A DNA stretch of 64,000 bases from Bacteroidales bacterium (GTDB lineage Bacteria; Bacteroidota; Bacteroidia; Bacteroidales; Muribaculaceae): assembly GCA_019416285.1 (NCBI GenBank), contig DXXM01000012.1, forward strand, positions 12,360-76,359, in the 5' to 3' direction. This document shows positions 31,651-41,007 of the stretch, piece after piece. A program made the translations under genes and the position numbers. How positions within the stretch are numbered: the stretch's first letter is position 1; each line of letters begins with the position of its first letter. Under the pieces are notes generated by a model that had not been told where the DNA came from, did not search any database, and saw only the letters and a list, made by a program, of their open reading frames with translations.

Positions 31651-33444
31651 ATGAAACGTAAAATCTCCAATATATTCTGGGCCTGTGGAGTGAGTGCGAC
31701 ACTCCTGATGCAGTCCTGCACACTTGATGAGGTAAACCCGGGCGGTTTCACCCTCGAAAACCTCGGCACAACTCCTGCCGGTTACGAGACACTGCTCAAC
31801 CAGTGTTATTTCGGCCTTGAACGCCAGTTCTACAACGGCATCGACTTTATGGGCTTCATGGAGGGGAACACAGACCTCTGGACAGCCAAGACCAATCAGA
31901 TGGGTCAGAACGACAATGTGTTCAAATTCTTTGCCGGCGCATCGCCCAATCAGACTTTCACAAACGCTCTGTGGAACGCCGCCTACGACGGTATAGGCGC
32001 CTGCAACCTCGCCATCGAGACCGCTCCCAACTGCTCATTCGCATCGGAGGCGGAGCGCAACGCCAAGGTTGCCGAGGCACACTTCCTCCGCGCGGTCTAC
32101 TACTATAACCTCGTCGAGATGTTTGGCGGAGTGGTCAAGCTGACAGCCGTGCAAAAGACCAACAACTATGCACCCGAGCGCACCAGCCCGATTGAAATCT
32201 ACCGCGACGTCATCATCCCCGACCTCCGTTTCGCAGCCGAATGGCTCCCTGTGGGCGGATATGACGCCGACGCCAATCCGACCAAGAAATCAGCACTCGG
32301 CTATCTCGCCAAGGCATGTCTCGCCACCCAGCAGTATGACACCACCGAATTCCTTCAGGAAGGCTTCGACGTAGCCAAAAAGCTCATAGCCGACTGCGAG
32401 AACGGCGGCGCCGACTACATGACCTATATGTATCCCGACTTCGATGACGTGTTCAAGGAGGCCAATAACCACGCCAACAAGGAAGCACTCTGGAAATATA
32501 CAGTGTTCGGAGGCAAGACCCACGGTTCGAGCAACGGTAACTACCGCACAAACCGCAACGACGAGCACTTCCTCTGCCAGCTCAACCACTTCGGCGCGAG
32601 AATCGACAATCAGGACGTGCGCCTGGCATGGGACGGCGGCGTGCAGGGTGACTTCATGCCCACTCAGCATCTTCTCAGTCTCTATGTGCAGCCCAACGGC
32701 ACACTCGATCCCCGTTTCCACAAACTCTTCATTACCGAATGGAAGGCCAATCAGGACTACACCTGGACCGACGGCGACGCAGCACGCTACGGCAAAAACG
32801 CTTCCAAGGTCGGCTCGAAAATCAATTCAGGCGACTTGGCTATCCGCTTCGTGATGCCCCAGGATGCCGACTACGCCACTGAAGTGGCAGGCAAGTCGAG
32901 CTCGGACTATCTGCTCATCGACTACAAGGATGTCTACAACGACGCCCAGAAGTCAATCATCATGACCGCAGGCGACGGCGAGAACCACTACCGCTACTTC
33001 TATCCCTCGCTCAACAAGCACGCCAGCTCCAACTATTTCGTGGCCAACGCCTCGAAGATGCGCAACGGCAATCTCAACGGCGTGTTCCCGATGCGAATGG
33101 CCGAGGTCTATCTCATTGCCGCCGAATATGATATTCTGCTCAACGGCGGTTCCGGAGCCATGGCCTATATCAACAAAGTGCGTCAGCGCGCGGGAGCCGA
33201 TGCTCTCTCCGGAGCGGCCACAATCCGCACCGTCCTCGACGAGCGCGGCCGCGAGCTCTGCGGCGAGTTCACCCGCTTCTTCGACCTCAAGCGCACAGGC
33301 ATGTATAAAAGCTCAGACTATCTGCAATCTACTTTCCCTGAGCTCGCCGGATATTTCAAACCCGAATTTGCACTGCGTCCCATCCCCACCAACTATACCG
33401 ATGTGATTTCGACCGGCGCAAACTTCAAGAATCCCGGCTATTAA
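31651..33444 (+). CDS. susD: SusD/RagB-family lipoprotein
   Basis: Lipobox MQSC, AEAHFLRA, MRMAEVYLIAAE, LDERGRELCGE..RFFDLKR, C-terminal NPGY. Confidence 0.95.
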   Translation: MKRKISNIFWACGVSATLLMQSCTLDEVNPGGFTLENLGTTPAGYETLLNQCYFGLERQFYNGIDFMGFMEGNTDLWTAKTNQMGQNDNVFKFFAGASPNQTFTNALWNAAYDGIGACNLAIETAPNCSFASEAERNAKVAEAHFLRAVYYYNLVEMFGGVVKLTAVQKTNNYAPERTSPIEIYRDVIIPDLRFAAEWLPVGGYDADANPTKKSALGYLAKACLATQQYDTTEFLQEGFDVAKKLIADCENGGADYMTYMYPDFDDVFKEANNHANKEALWKYTVFGGKTHGSSNGNYRTNRNDEHFLCQLNHFGARIDNQDVRLAWDGGVQGDFMPTQHLLSLYVQPNGTLDPRFHKLFITEWKANQDYTWTDGDAARYGKNASKVGSKINSGDLAIRFVMPQDADYATEVAGKSSSDYLLIDYKDVYNDAQKSIIMTAGDGENHYRYFYPSLNKHASSNYFVANASKMRNGNLNGVFPMRMAEVYLIAAEYDILLNGGSGAMAYINKVRQRAGADALSGAATIRTVLDERGRELCGEFTRFFDLKRTGMYKSSDYLQSTFPELAGYFKPEFALRPIPTNYTDVISTGANFKNPGY

Positions 33445-33522
33445 TCCTCCCCTGTGATGAGATACATGTAAAACCACATACACATCTGTTGCAGCATATA
33501 CAGTTTAATTTGACGTAACCTG

Positions 33523-33557
33523 CGTGCGCTCTTCCTTGGCGGAAGGGCGCACGTTTT
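33523..33557 (+). terminator. Intrinsic terminator after susD
   Basis: CGTGCGCTCTTCC-ttggc-GGAAGGGCGCACG followed by TTTT. Confidence 0.8.
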
Positions 33558-33644
33558 CTGTATTATATTTTTTATTGGGCGGTGAAATTTCCCTATTTGG
33601 CGAAATTTCCCTAAATTTGCGTGGGCAATTCTTTTTGATTGACT

Positions 33645-35162
33645 ATGAAGATTTTTACTACAGAAAATATACGCAACATCGACCGCTTCACCATCGAGGA
33701 GGAGAGGGTGAGCTCAATGGAGCTTATCCACCGTGTGGCCGAGGGAGTCGTCAACGAGATTCTGAGCCGCTGGAGCCCCTCGAAACCCACCATGGTCTTT
33801 GCCGGGGCCGGCAACAACGGCGCCGACGCGCTCGTCGTGGCCAAGCTGTTGATTGAGGCCGGGTTCAACCCCCATGTGGTCCTCATCAATGTGAAGGGCG
33901 ACTCGCTGTCGCGCGACTGCCGCGCCGCCCGCGACGAACTTCTGCGCATGGGCAATGTGGCCATGACTGAAATCGTCCATACTTCGCATATCCCCACGCT
34001 GACGGCCGACCATCTCGTGGTCGACGGTCTCTTCGGTACCGGCCTGCGCAATCCGCTCGAGGGTGGCTACATGGCCATGGCGCGCTATATCAACGAGTCT
34101 GGCGCCACGGTGGTGTCGATAGACATCCCTTCGGGCATGTACAGCGACTGGAACACCCGGGTGCTTGCGCGCAACGTGGTCCATGCCGACCTGACGGTGG
34201 CTGTGCAGTTTCCGCGCCTCGCCTTCTTCCTAAGCGACAACGCCGAGCTGGTGGGTAAGTGGAAAACGGTGGACATCGGCCTGAGCCGCCGCGCCATCGA
34301 GCAGACCCCCACGAAATATTTCCTTATCGAGAAAGATGATGTGCGCCGTGTGCTCAAGCGCCGTCCGGAGTTCAGCTCGAAGGCTGATTTCGGCCATGCG
34401 CTCCTGTTTTGCGGCTGCTACGGCATGATGGGCGCCGCCGTCCTCGCCGCCCGCGGAGCGCTCCGCGCCGGTGTGGGCAAACTGACGGTCCACTCGGCCC
34501 GCTGCGGTTTCCCGGTGCTTCAGTCGTCGGTTCCCGAGGCGCTTTTCCTGCCCGACAAGAACGAGTATGTGATTTCCGACATGACTCCTCGCTTCAACTA
34601 CACCGCCATCGGCGCGGGTTCGGGTATAGGCACCAACGATGCCACCCGCGGCGCTCTCGAAACCCTCATCAAGACCATCAAGCGCCCGATGGTACTCGAC
34701 GCCGACGCACTCAATATCCTCGCGCGCAATCCGTCGCTCATCGACCACATAACCCCGGGCTCCATCCTGACGCCTCATGCCGGTGAGTTCGACCGCATAT
34801 TCGGCTCGCAGGCTTCGGCTGAGACACGTCTGCTCAAGGCCATCGAGGTTTCGCATAAATACAAGCTCATCATCGTGCTCAAGGGCCACTACAGCGCTAC
34901 AGTGAGACCCGACGGCAAGGTGTTCTTCAACTCAACCGGCTCTCCGGCCATGGCTACCGGCGGAAGCGGCGATGTGCTCGCTGGTATCATCACCTCGCTT
35001 CTCGCGCAGGGCTATAAGTCGGAAATCGCTGCCACGGCGGGTGTGTATATCCACGGCCTCGCCGGTGATCTCGCGGCCCACACAGAGGGTGAATACGGCA
35101 CCTCGGCCGGCGACATCGCCGCATGTGTGGGAAAGGCTATCAAGGCGATCATGAGTGTTTAG
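33645..35162 (+). CDS. nnr: Bifunctional NAD(P)H-hydrate epimerase/dehydratase
   Basis: GAGNNGAD, DGLFGTG, DIPSG, LDADAL, LTPHAGE, MATGGSGDVLAG; TAAATTTG box at 33612-33619. Confidence 0.95.
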   Translation: MKIFTTENIRNIDRFTIEEERVSSMELIHRVAEGVVNEILSRWSPSKPTMVFAGAGNNGADALVVAKLLIEAGFNPHVVLINVKGDSLSRDCRAARDELLRMGNVAMTEIVHTSHIPTLTADHLVVDGLFGTGLRNPLEGGYMAMARYINESGATVVSIDIPSGMYSDWNTRVLARNVVHADLTVAVQFPRLAFFLSDNAELVGKWKTVDIGLSRRAIEQTPTKYFLIEKDDVRRVLKRRPEFSSKADFGHALLFCGCYGMMGAAVLAARGALRAGVGKLTVHSARCGFPVLQSSVPEALFLPDKNEYVISDMTPRFNYTAIGAGSGIGTNDATRGALETLIKTIKRPMVLDADALNILARNPSLIDHITPGSILTPHAGEFDRIFGSQASAETRLLKAIEVSHKYKLIIVLKGHYSATVRPDGKVFFNSTGSPAMATGGSGDVLAGIITSLLAQGYKSEIAATAGVYIHGLAGDLAAHTEGEYGTSAGDIAACVGKAIKAIMSV

Positions 35163-35217
35163 CTTAGGGTTTGAATACTATATATAAATACGAGTTATAC
35201 AAAACGAGATAAATCTG

Positions 35218-36312
35218 ATGAAAAAACTGTTTTCAATATTGCTGGCCGGGGCCTTGGCTGTCGTGCCGGCGGTGGCTCAGACTTCGACGAAGCTCACCGC
35301 GACCAAGGCGAGCGACTTCGGTCTGGTCTACACTCTCCCGATGACCGCTTTCGAGGTGACTCTCGCGGTCGAGAAAACCGTGAATACGCCGGGCGATTTC
35401 TACCAGTATGCCCGGAAGTATCTCAACACGGAGCCTATCATGAAGCCTTCGACCACATGGCATATCACCGAGGCTGTGGTCAATCCCGTGGCCGTGGCCG
35501 ACGAGCAGCAGCGCTACGTCGCCAGTTTCAAGGGTGGAACGGGCACTTTCATGATGGTGAGCGACGAGAATTTCCCCCTTTCAATCAACGACGAGAGCTA
35601 TGAGGCTGAGGTGGAACTCACTCCGATACCCAAGGCCGTGGCTCCCGCTCCCACCATCCTCCAGCAGCCCGTGGCGCAGCAGGCCATGACTCCGGAGATG
35701 ATTCAGAGCAAATCGTCGGCCAAGCGCGCGCAACTCGCCGCCGACAAAATCTATGAGCTCCGCACCAACCGCAGCGACATAATCTCGGGGCAGGCTGACG
35801 CGATGCCTTCGGACGGCAACGCCATGAAGCTCGCCCTCGACCAGCTCGCGGCCCAGGAAGCGGCGCTGACGGCAATGTTTCTCGGCACCTCGCAGAAATC
35901 GGTAGAGGTACGCACCTACACCGTCTATCTCCCCGACGACCCTGACGGCGGACGCCAGATTGTGGCCCGTCTCTCGGCTCTCGACGGTCTTGTGGACGCC
36001 AACGACCTCTCGGGTGATCCCATCTACATCTCAATCGTGCCGACCACTCGCGGCGAACTCCCCACAAACGACAAGGGCGAGGCCAAGAGCTTCCCCAAGG
36101 GTGGCGTGGCCTACCGTATTCCCGGCGCGGCGCGTGTGACCCTGACGTTTGACGACAAGACTCTGTCGGAGAAAGAGTTTGATGTGGCGCAATACGGTGT
36201 GGTGTTCGGTCTCGACCCGAAACTGTTCACTGACCGCAAGGCTCCCGCCTACCTGCGCTTCAATCCGCTCACCGGCGCCGTCCGTGAGCTCGGCACACTC
36301 GAAAAAGAGTAG
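35218..36312 (+). CDS. Secreted DUF4831-like protein
   Basis: Signal peptide; GLVYTLP...PGDFYQYARKYL, YRIPG, AQYG (family recalled from memory). Confidence 0.7.
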   Translation: MKKLFSILLAGALAVVPAVAQTSTKLTATKASDFGLVYTLPMTAFEVTLAVEKTVNTPGDFYQYARKYLNTEPIMKPSTTWHITEAVVNPVAVADEQQRYVASFKGGTGTFMMVSDENFPLSINDESYEAEVELTPIPKAVAPAPTILQQPVAQQAMTPEMIQSKSSAKRAQLAADKIYELRTNRSDIISGQADAMPSDGNAMKLALDQLAAQEAALTAMFLGTSQKSVEVRTYTVYLPDDPDGGRQIVARLSALDGLVDANDLSGDPIYISIVPTTRGELPTNDKGEAKSFPKGGVAYRIPGAARVTLTFDDKTLSEKEFDVAQYGVVFGLDPKLFTDRKAPAYLRFNPLTGAVRELGTLEKE

Positions 36313-36354
36313 TCCCGTCTGCATTATCGCACTGTCTGCGGGGTGCGGCGGCAG

Positions 36355-36362
36355 TAAATTTG
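36355..36362 (+). promoter_or_regulatory. Host-type -7 promoter element ahead of the phage-derived gene pair
   Basis: TAAATTTG 32 nt upstream of ATG 36395; no clear -33 TTTG. Confidence 0.5.
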
Positions 36363-36394
36363 TGGAAAAATAATTCCCCAAATTTCTGTCAGCC

Positions 36395-38932
36395 ATGAAA
36401 TCTTCACGCAGTTCATCCCGTTCAAGTCTCGTCCGTTTCTACGTCGCCACTCTCCGCGACCGCCATATTGACATCTGCCACAACCTGCGTCCCTCGCCCG
36501 GGGGAGGCGGGTTGTGTGCCATCAGGCCCCCTGTAAGGCTCGACCTTCCGCCCATGCCCGGCGCCCGTCTGCTCCCCGGCGGCGTCAGGCGCATCGATGG
36601 CAAAACATATTTTTTCATTGAATACCAAGGCTCTCTGGTCTGCGTCGATGTCGGCTCGATGCAGACTGTCACCCTCGTGCCGCCGTCGGGGAAACCCACG
36701 GCCATTCTGCCCGCGTCGTCGGGGCTCATCGTGATGATGGGCGCCGGACATGCGCCTATGCGTCTGGTCTGCACCGAGGGCGTGTGGAGCTGGAGGAGCG
36801 AGGCCGAGCTTCCGGCGCCATTCGCCATAGTCCGTGTGGACGCCGACACCATCTCCGCGCAGATTCCCGCCGGAAAGCTGCGCGGCGCCTACGACTCCCG
36901 CTCCCGCACACTCATCCCCGCCGATGCCGCATCGCTGCGGAAGGAATTTGTCGGCGCCTACCGGACGGTAGGCGACCTCGCCGCCTCGCACCGCCTCTAT
37001 TTCCAGCCCGTGATGGCCCGCTGCCGGCTGCGCGGCCACGACGGTTCGGTGCTCTGCGTAACGCCGCCGGTCATCATCGCGCCTGCGGCCGGACTTCAAC
37101 TCACCGGGGCGGATTTTACCCTCTCGGGCGACGGATTCGCGGACTACTGCGCCGTGACCCTTACAGCCCGCACCTTCACTCTCGCCCTGCGGCAGTGCGC
37201 GCCTCTCGACGAGGAGTGGCAGCGCAGGGTGAAATGCGTGGAGCTGCTTGTGAGCCCGCAGCTGCATCCGCTCGACGAAAGCCTGGAGGCGGATTTCTCA
37301 TTCGACCGTTTCACGGCGACCTCCGGGCAGCTCGGCATAGTCATTCCAGGCCTTAATCCGGCTCTCGGCGCCGCCGCGCCGGGTTCGGCCTTCCGCAGTC
37401 GGGTAGGGGCGCTCCTTGCAAATATCGACCGTGCGCTCACACTTGTCGCCACCGCCCGCTACGACTCCGCAACCGATTCCTGGACCGGCGCGGAGCGTCC
37501 CTATTATCCATCGGGCGCCGACACAGCCTCCGGACTCAGCGCTCTCCGCACGCTTCTCAGCCTTCCGGTGCCCGAGGCCGGTTCCTCCGCGGCCGACATC
37601 GCCGCTCTTTCCCCTCCCCATTGCCTCAACGCTACCCTCGCCGCCTCCGGTGGTGACTGCCTGATGCTCGGCGGTCTCTCCGCCACCCGTTTCGCCGGCT
37701 GGTTGCCGGGTGAGATGGCGCTGACAGCCGCCGACTCTTCCGCGGCGCTCCCGATGGCGTGCAGGATAACATTTGCCGATGGAAGCACGAGTGTGAGGAG
37801 CGGCGTATGCCTCGATTTCACGCCTTCGACCCTCTCTCCTCTCCTGGTCTATCCTGCGGGCGATGCCGTGGCCATGGAACTTTACTGGGGCAGGCGCTCG
37901 CTGCGCTTACCCCTGACTCCCGACCCCTCCGGACGCTTCTCCTTCTGGCTTTCCGACAGCGCAGCACCTGTGAGCGCCGACGAAAACATGCCCTCATTCA
38001 TCCTCCCCGCTTCCGACCCGGCGCCGCGCCGCTTCCCCGGCATGCTCGCCGTGAGCTCGGTTTCCGCCCCCTTTGCTCCGCTCGCTGTGACGCGCGTGTC
38101 CGGTGAAGAGTCTGTGGCTGTAGCCGCGGCGCCTTCGCAGTCAGGGAGCTGGGACGCCGGAAGCGCGCGCTTCTATCTTTTCGGGCCCGAGGGCACGCAG
38201 TCGCTGACGGTCAACGCCTCCCGCAGCCGTCTCACGGCCCGCACGCTCGACTCTCGCCCGGTGGAGCACCCCGAAGCGGTTTGCCCGATGGGATCGCACG
38301 GCATGGCGGTGCTTGCCGGAGGTGACCTGCTGAGCATCAGCGGGCAGCGTGTCGTCACACTGCGCCCCTTTGTCGGCGCGGAGCGGCTCGGGTGGAATCC
38401 CGTGAATGAAGAGCTCTATTGCTTCCATTCCGCGGCTTTTCCGTGTCCCGAAAACTTCACCCTTTATGAAGGAGACACTGCCACGCCGCTGTTTCCCGAC
38501 GCGATGGTAGTGCGTCCGGCCACCGGCGATGTCAGCAGCCGTTCCTGCCCGCGTCCTGAATCTCTCGCAGCGGCACCAACGGGTCTGTGGGGCATTGATG
38601 AGGAGGGAAATATCCATGATTACTGCGCTGAGGACGCCGACGCGCGGACCGAGGTTATCTTACGTTCATCCGTCGGGCTGACGGCTCCGGTCCGTGCCAT
38701 CCGCCATGTCGAAATCCCGCTGACCGGCACCGGTATAGAACCGGGCCACATCGAACTGCGTGGCGACAACGGCGCCGGTGCAGCCGCCTCGGACGCGCTG
38801 TCATCATGGGAACTCAGCGGCACCGTCACCCACCTGTCTCCGTATCGCCTGCTGATGCCCCACCGCCACAATATCATCCTGTCCGTCAGGGCCACCGTAT
38901 CCTCAATCCTAATCCGCCAAAACCTTGCGTGA
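36395..38932 (+). CDS. 845-aa protein, probably a diverged podophage tail nozzle/hub (stabilization)-like protein
   Basis: Long open frame, no obvious signal peptide, beta-rich, 3 nt from the terminase start; several segments resemble Bacteroidales prophage virion proteins as I recall them. Confidence 0.5.
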   Translation: MKSSRSSSRSSLVRFYVATLRDRHIDICHNLRPSPGGGGLCAIRPPVRLDLPPMPGARLLPGGVRRIDGKTYFFIEYQGSLVCVDVGSMQTVTLVPPSGKPTAILPASSGLIVMMGAGHAPMRLVCTEGVWSWRSEAELPAPFAIVRVDADTISAQIPAGKLRGAYDSRSRTLIPADAASLRKEFVGAYRTVGDLAASHRLYFQPVMARCRLRGHDGSVLCVTPPVIIAPAAGLQLTGADFTLSGDGFADYCAVTLTARTFTLALRQCAPLDEEWQRRVKCVELLVSPQLHPLDESLEADFSFDRFTATSGQLGIVIPGLNPALGAAAPGSAFRSRVGALLANIDRALTLVATARYDSATDSWTGAERPYYPSGADTASGLSALRTLLSLPVPEAGSSAADIAALSPPHCLNATLAASGGDCLMLGGLSATRFAGWLPGEMALTAADSSAALPMACRITFADGSTSVRSGVCLDFTPSTLSPLLVYPAGDAVAMELYWGRRSLRLPLTPDPSGRFSFWLSDSAAPVSADENMPSFILPASDPAPRRFPGMLAVSSVSAPFAPLAVTRVSGEESVAVAAAPSQSGSWDAGSARFYLFGPEGTQSLTVNASRSRLTARTLDSRPVEHPEAVCPMGSHGMAVLAGGDLLSISGQRVVTLRPFVGAERLGWNPVNEELYCFHSAAFPCPENFTLYEGDTATPLFPDAMVVRPATGDVSSRSCPRPESLAAAPTGLWGIDEEGNIHDYCAEDADARTEVILRSSVGLTAPVRAIRHVEIPLTGTGIEPGHIELRGDNGAGAAASDALSSWELSGTVTHLSPYRLLMPHRHNIILSVRATVSSILIRQNLA

Positions 38933-38935
38933 CCC

Positions 38936-40810
38936 ATGATGACTATCGACGAAATCATCCTTGAAAACGCCCGCCGCAATGCTCTCCTGAGCGATGAGCC
39001 CGACCCGATTAAGGGTGACGCGGCCGACCCCTCGCGCCGACCCTACAGTTTCGGCGGCACGACCCGGTATCTCCCCGCCGATATGCTCGACGACCCGAAA
39101 CTGCCCCTCGTCAGCAATGAGCGCGACTTTGCCCGTCTCCGGTTCAGATATGATTTTCCCTTCTGGGCCGCGACGTGTGTGGTGATAAACGACAAAATCA
39201 CCTCGCGCGACATTCCCCTGCGTCTCAACCGTCCGCAGCGGCGCCTCGTCAGCCTTCTGGAACGCGAGCGCCTCGCCGGACGTCCCCTGCGTCTGATTAT
39301 GCTCAAGGCCCGTCAGTGGGGCGGCTCGACGCTGATTCAGATTTACTTCGCGTGGATTCAGATTATCCACCGCCGCAACTGGAATTCGCTCATCTGCGCA
39401 CACGTCAAGGACACCGCGGCCACAATCCGGGGGATGTACACCAAGCTGCTTGCCCGCTATCCCGAGGAATACTGGGAGGAGGACGACGCCCCGGAGTTCC
39501 GTCCCTTCGAGCGCATGACCAATACGCGTATCATCCAGGGGCGCGGATGTCGGGTGACGGTCTGCTCCAGCGAAAATCAGGAGGCGACGCGCGGCCAGGA
39601 CTATGCGCTCGCCCATCTGAGCGAGGTGGCTTTCTGGAAGGACTCTACGCTCCACAATCCCGCCGATTTGCTGCGCTCGGTGGCCTCGGGAATAGCCACG
39701 AAGCCACTGTCGTTCATCGCCATGGAGAGCACGGCCAACGGTGTGGGCAATTTCTTCCACCGCGAGTGGCTCCGGGCCAACACGCCCGGCAAGAGCGACA
39801 AGATTCCCTTTTTCGTACCCTGGCATGAAATAGAAATCAACCGCAGCGGGCTCACCTGTGGTGTGCGCGAGTTCTGGGATTCACTCGATTCCTACGAGCG
39901 GGAGCTGTGGAAACTCCACGGCTGCACGCTGGAGGCTATAAAGTGGTATCACGACAAGCGCCTCGGCTTCCCTGACCACCGCTCGATGATGGCGGAATAT
40001 CCCACCACTCCCGCAGAGGCTTTCGCCTCGACCGCGCGCAGTGTGTTCAGCAGCGCGGATGTTGAGGCTCTGCGGGCCGATTGCGGTGAGGATGGGGAGA
40101 GGGGCGAAATCACAGCCTCGCGTTTCGGTGACGTCGGTGCGGCCGACACTCCGCGCTTCATCCCCTCGGCCGACGGGCTGCTCACGCTCTGGCGTCGGCC
40201 GCGCAAGGGGGGCGACTATCTCGTGTGTGTCGACATCGGCGGCCGCTCGCGTGGTGCCGACTATTCGGTGATAGCGGTTCTCGACCGTGGTGTGCCGGGT
40301 GCGCGACCGGAGATTGTGGCCCAGTGGCGCGGCCATATCGACCACGACCTCCTTGCCCGCAAAGCGGAGGCCATAGCCCGCTTCTACAACGACGCCATTC
40401 TCGCCATCGAGAGCAATTCGTGGGAAAGTTCCTCGGAAGGGCAGGGGAGGTTCATACTCGACTCCCTGTCGCGCAGCTATCCCAACCTCTATTTCCGTCA
40501 GAGCGAGGGTGGGGCGGCTACGTCGGCCGGTTTTCATGTCAATGTGCGCACCAAGGCGGCGATTATCGCCAATCTTGTGGCCTACGTGCGCGAACATGGC
40601 TATGTGGAGCGCTCATCCGCCGCCTGCGACGAGCTGCTGCAATACGAATCGCTCCCCGACGGCAGTTATGCCGCCTCCCGCGGCTGCCACGACGACATCC
40701 TCATGACCCGCGCAATAGCCCTCTATATCCACGCCATCGACTCCCCCTCCCCCTCCACCGACATAATTTCACCGGACATCTACCTTACACTGCTTAACAG
40801 ATGCAGGTAG
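38936..40810 (+). CDS. terL: Phage terminase large subunit
   Basis: LNRPQ, LKARQWGGST (Walker A variant), HLSEVAFW (Walker B), ESTANG (coupling motif), nuclease motifs CVDIGG, DYS, IESN, HDD. Confidence 0.9.
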   Translation: MMTIDEIILENARRNALLSDEPDPIKGDAADPSRRPYSFGGTTRYLPADMLDDPKLPLVSNERDFARLRFRYDFPFWAATCVVINDKITSRDIPLRLNRPQRRLVSLLERERLAGRPLRLIMLKARQWGGSTLIQIYFAWIQIIHRRNWNSLICAHVKDTAATIRGMYTKLLARYPEEYWEEDDAPEFRPFERMTNTRIIQGRGCRVTVCSSENQEATRGQDYALAHLSEVAFWKDSTLHNPADLLRSVASGIATKPLSFIAMESTANGVGNFFHREWLRANTPGKSDKIPFFVPWHEIEINRSGLTCGVREFWDSLDSYERELWKLHGCTLEAIKWYHDKRLGFPDHRSMMAEYPTTPAEAFASTARSVFSSADVEALRADCGEDGERGEITASRFGDVGAADTPRFIPSADGLLTLWRRPRKGGDYLVCVDIGGRSRGADYSVIAVLDRGVPGARPEIVAQWRGHIDHDLLARKAEAIARFYNDAILAIESNSWESSSEGQGRFILDSLSRSYPNLYFRQSEGGAATSAGFHVNVRTKAAIIANLVAYVREHGYVERSSAACDELLQYESLPDGSYAASRGCHDDILMTRAIALYIHAIDSPSPSTDIISPDIYLTLLNRCR

Positions 40811-40815
40811 TTTTT

Positions 40816-40840
40816 TAATTCATAATGCATAATTCATAAT
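40816..40840. repeat. 7-bp tandem repeat
   Basis: TAATTCA TAATGCA TAATTCA TAAT. Confidence 0.65.
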
Positions 40841-40873
40841 AGGCCATCCGGGTTTCGGCTTTTCTGCCTTTCT

Positions 40874-40909
40874 GCCACTATTACTCTTATAACTCCTATT
40901 TCTCCTATC
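40874..40909. repeat. 9-bp-period array
   Basis: GCCACTATT ACTCTTATA ACTCCTATT TCTCCTATC. Confidence 0.7.
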
Positions 40910-40920
40910 CCTTTCCCCCT

Positions 40921-40972
40921 AAAAACCTACACCCTGAAAAAATCATTCGATTTTTTCAGGGTGTAGGTTTTC
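40921..40972. terminator. Bidirectional terminator between terL and the histone-like gene
   Basis: Perfect 23-bp inverted repeat AAAACCTACACCCTGAAAAAATC-attc-GATTTTTTCAGGGTGTAGGTTTT. Confidence 0.85.
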
Positions 40973-41007
40973 TCGGAAGCCGCAGGTTTCCGGAGGATAT
41001 ATCTTCA

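Noticed and set aside
36395..40810. Complete or inducible prophage
   Set aside because: No capsid, portal, integrase, lysis or replication genes recognised in the window; flanks are host genes.
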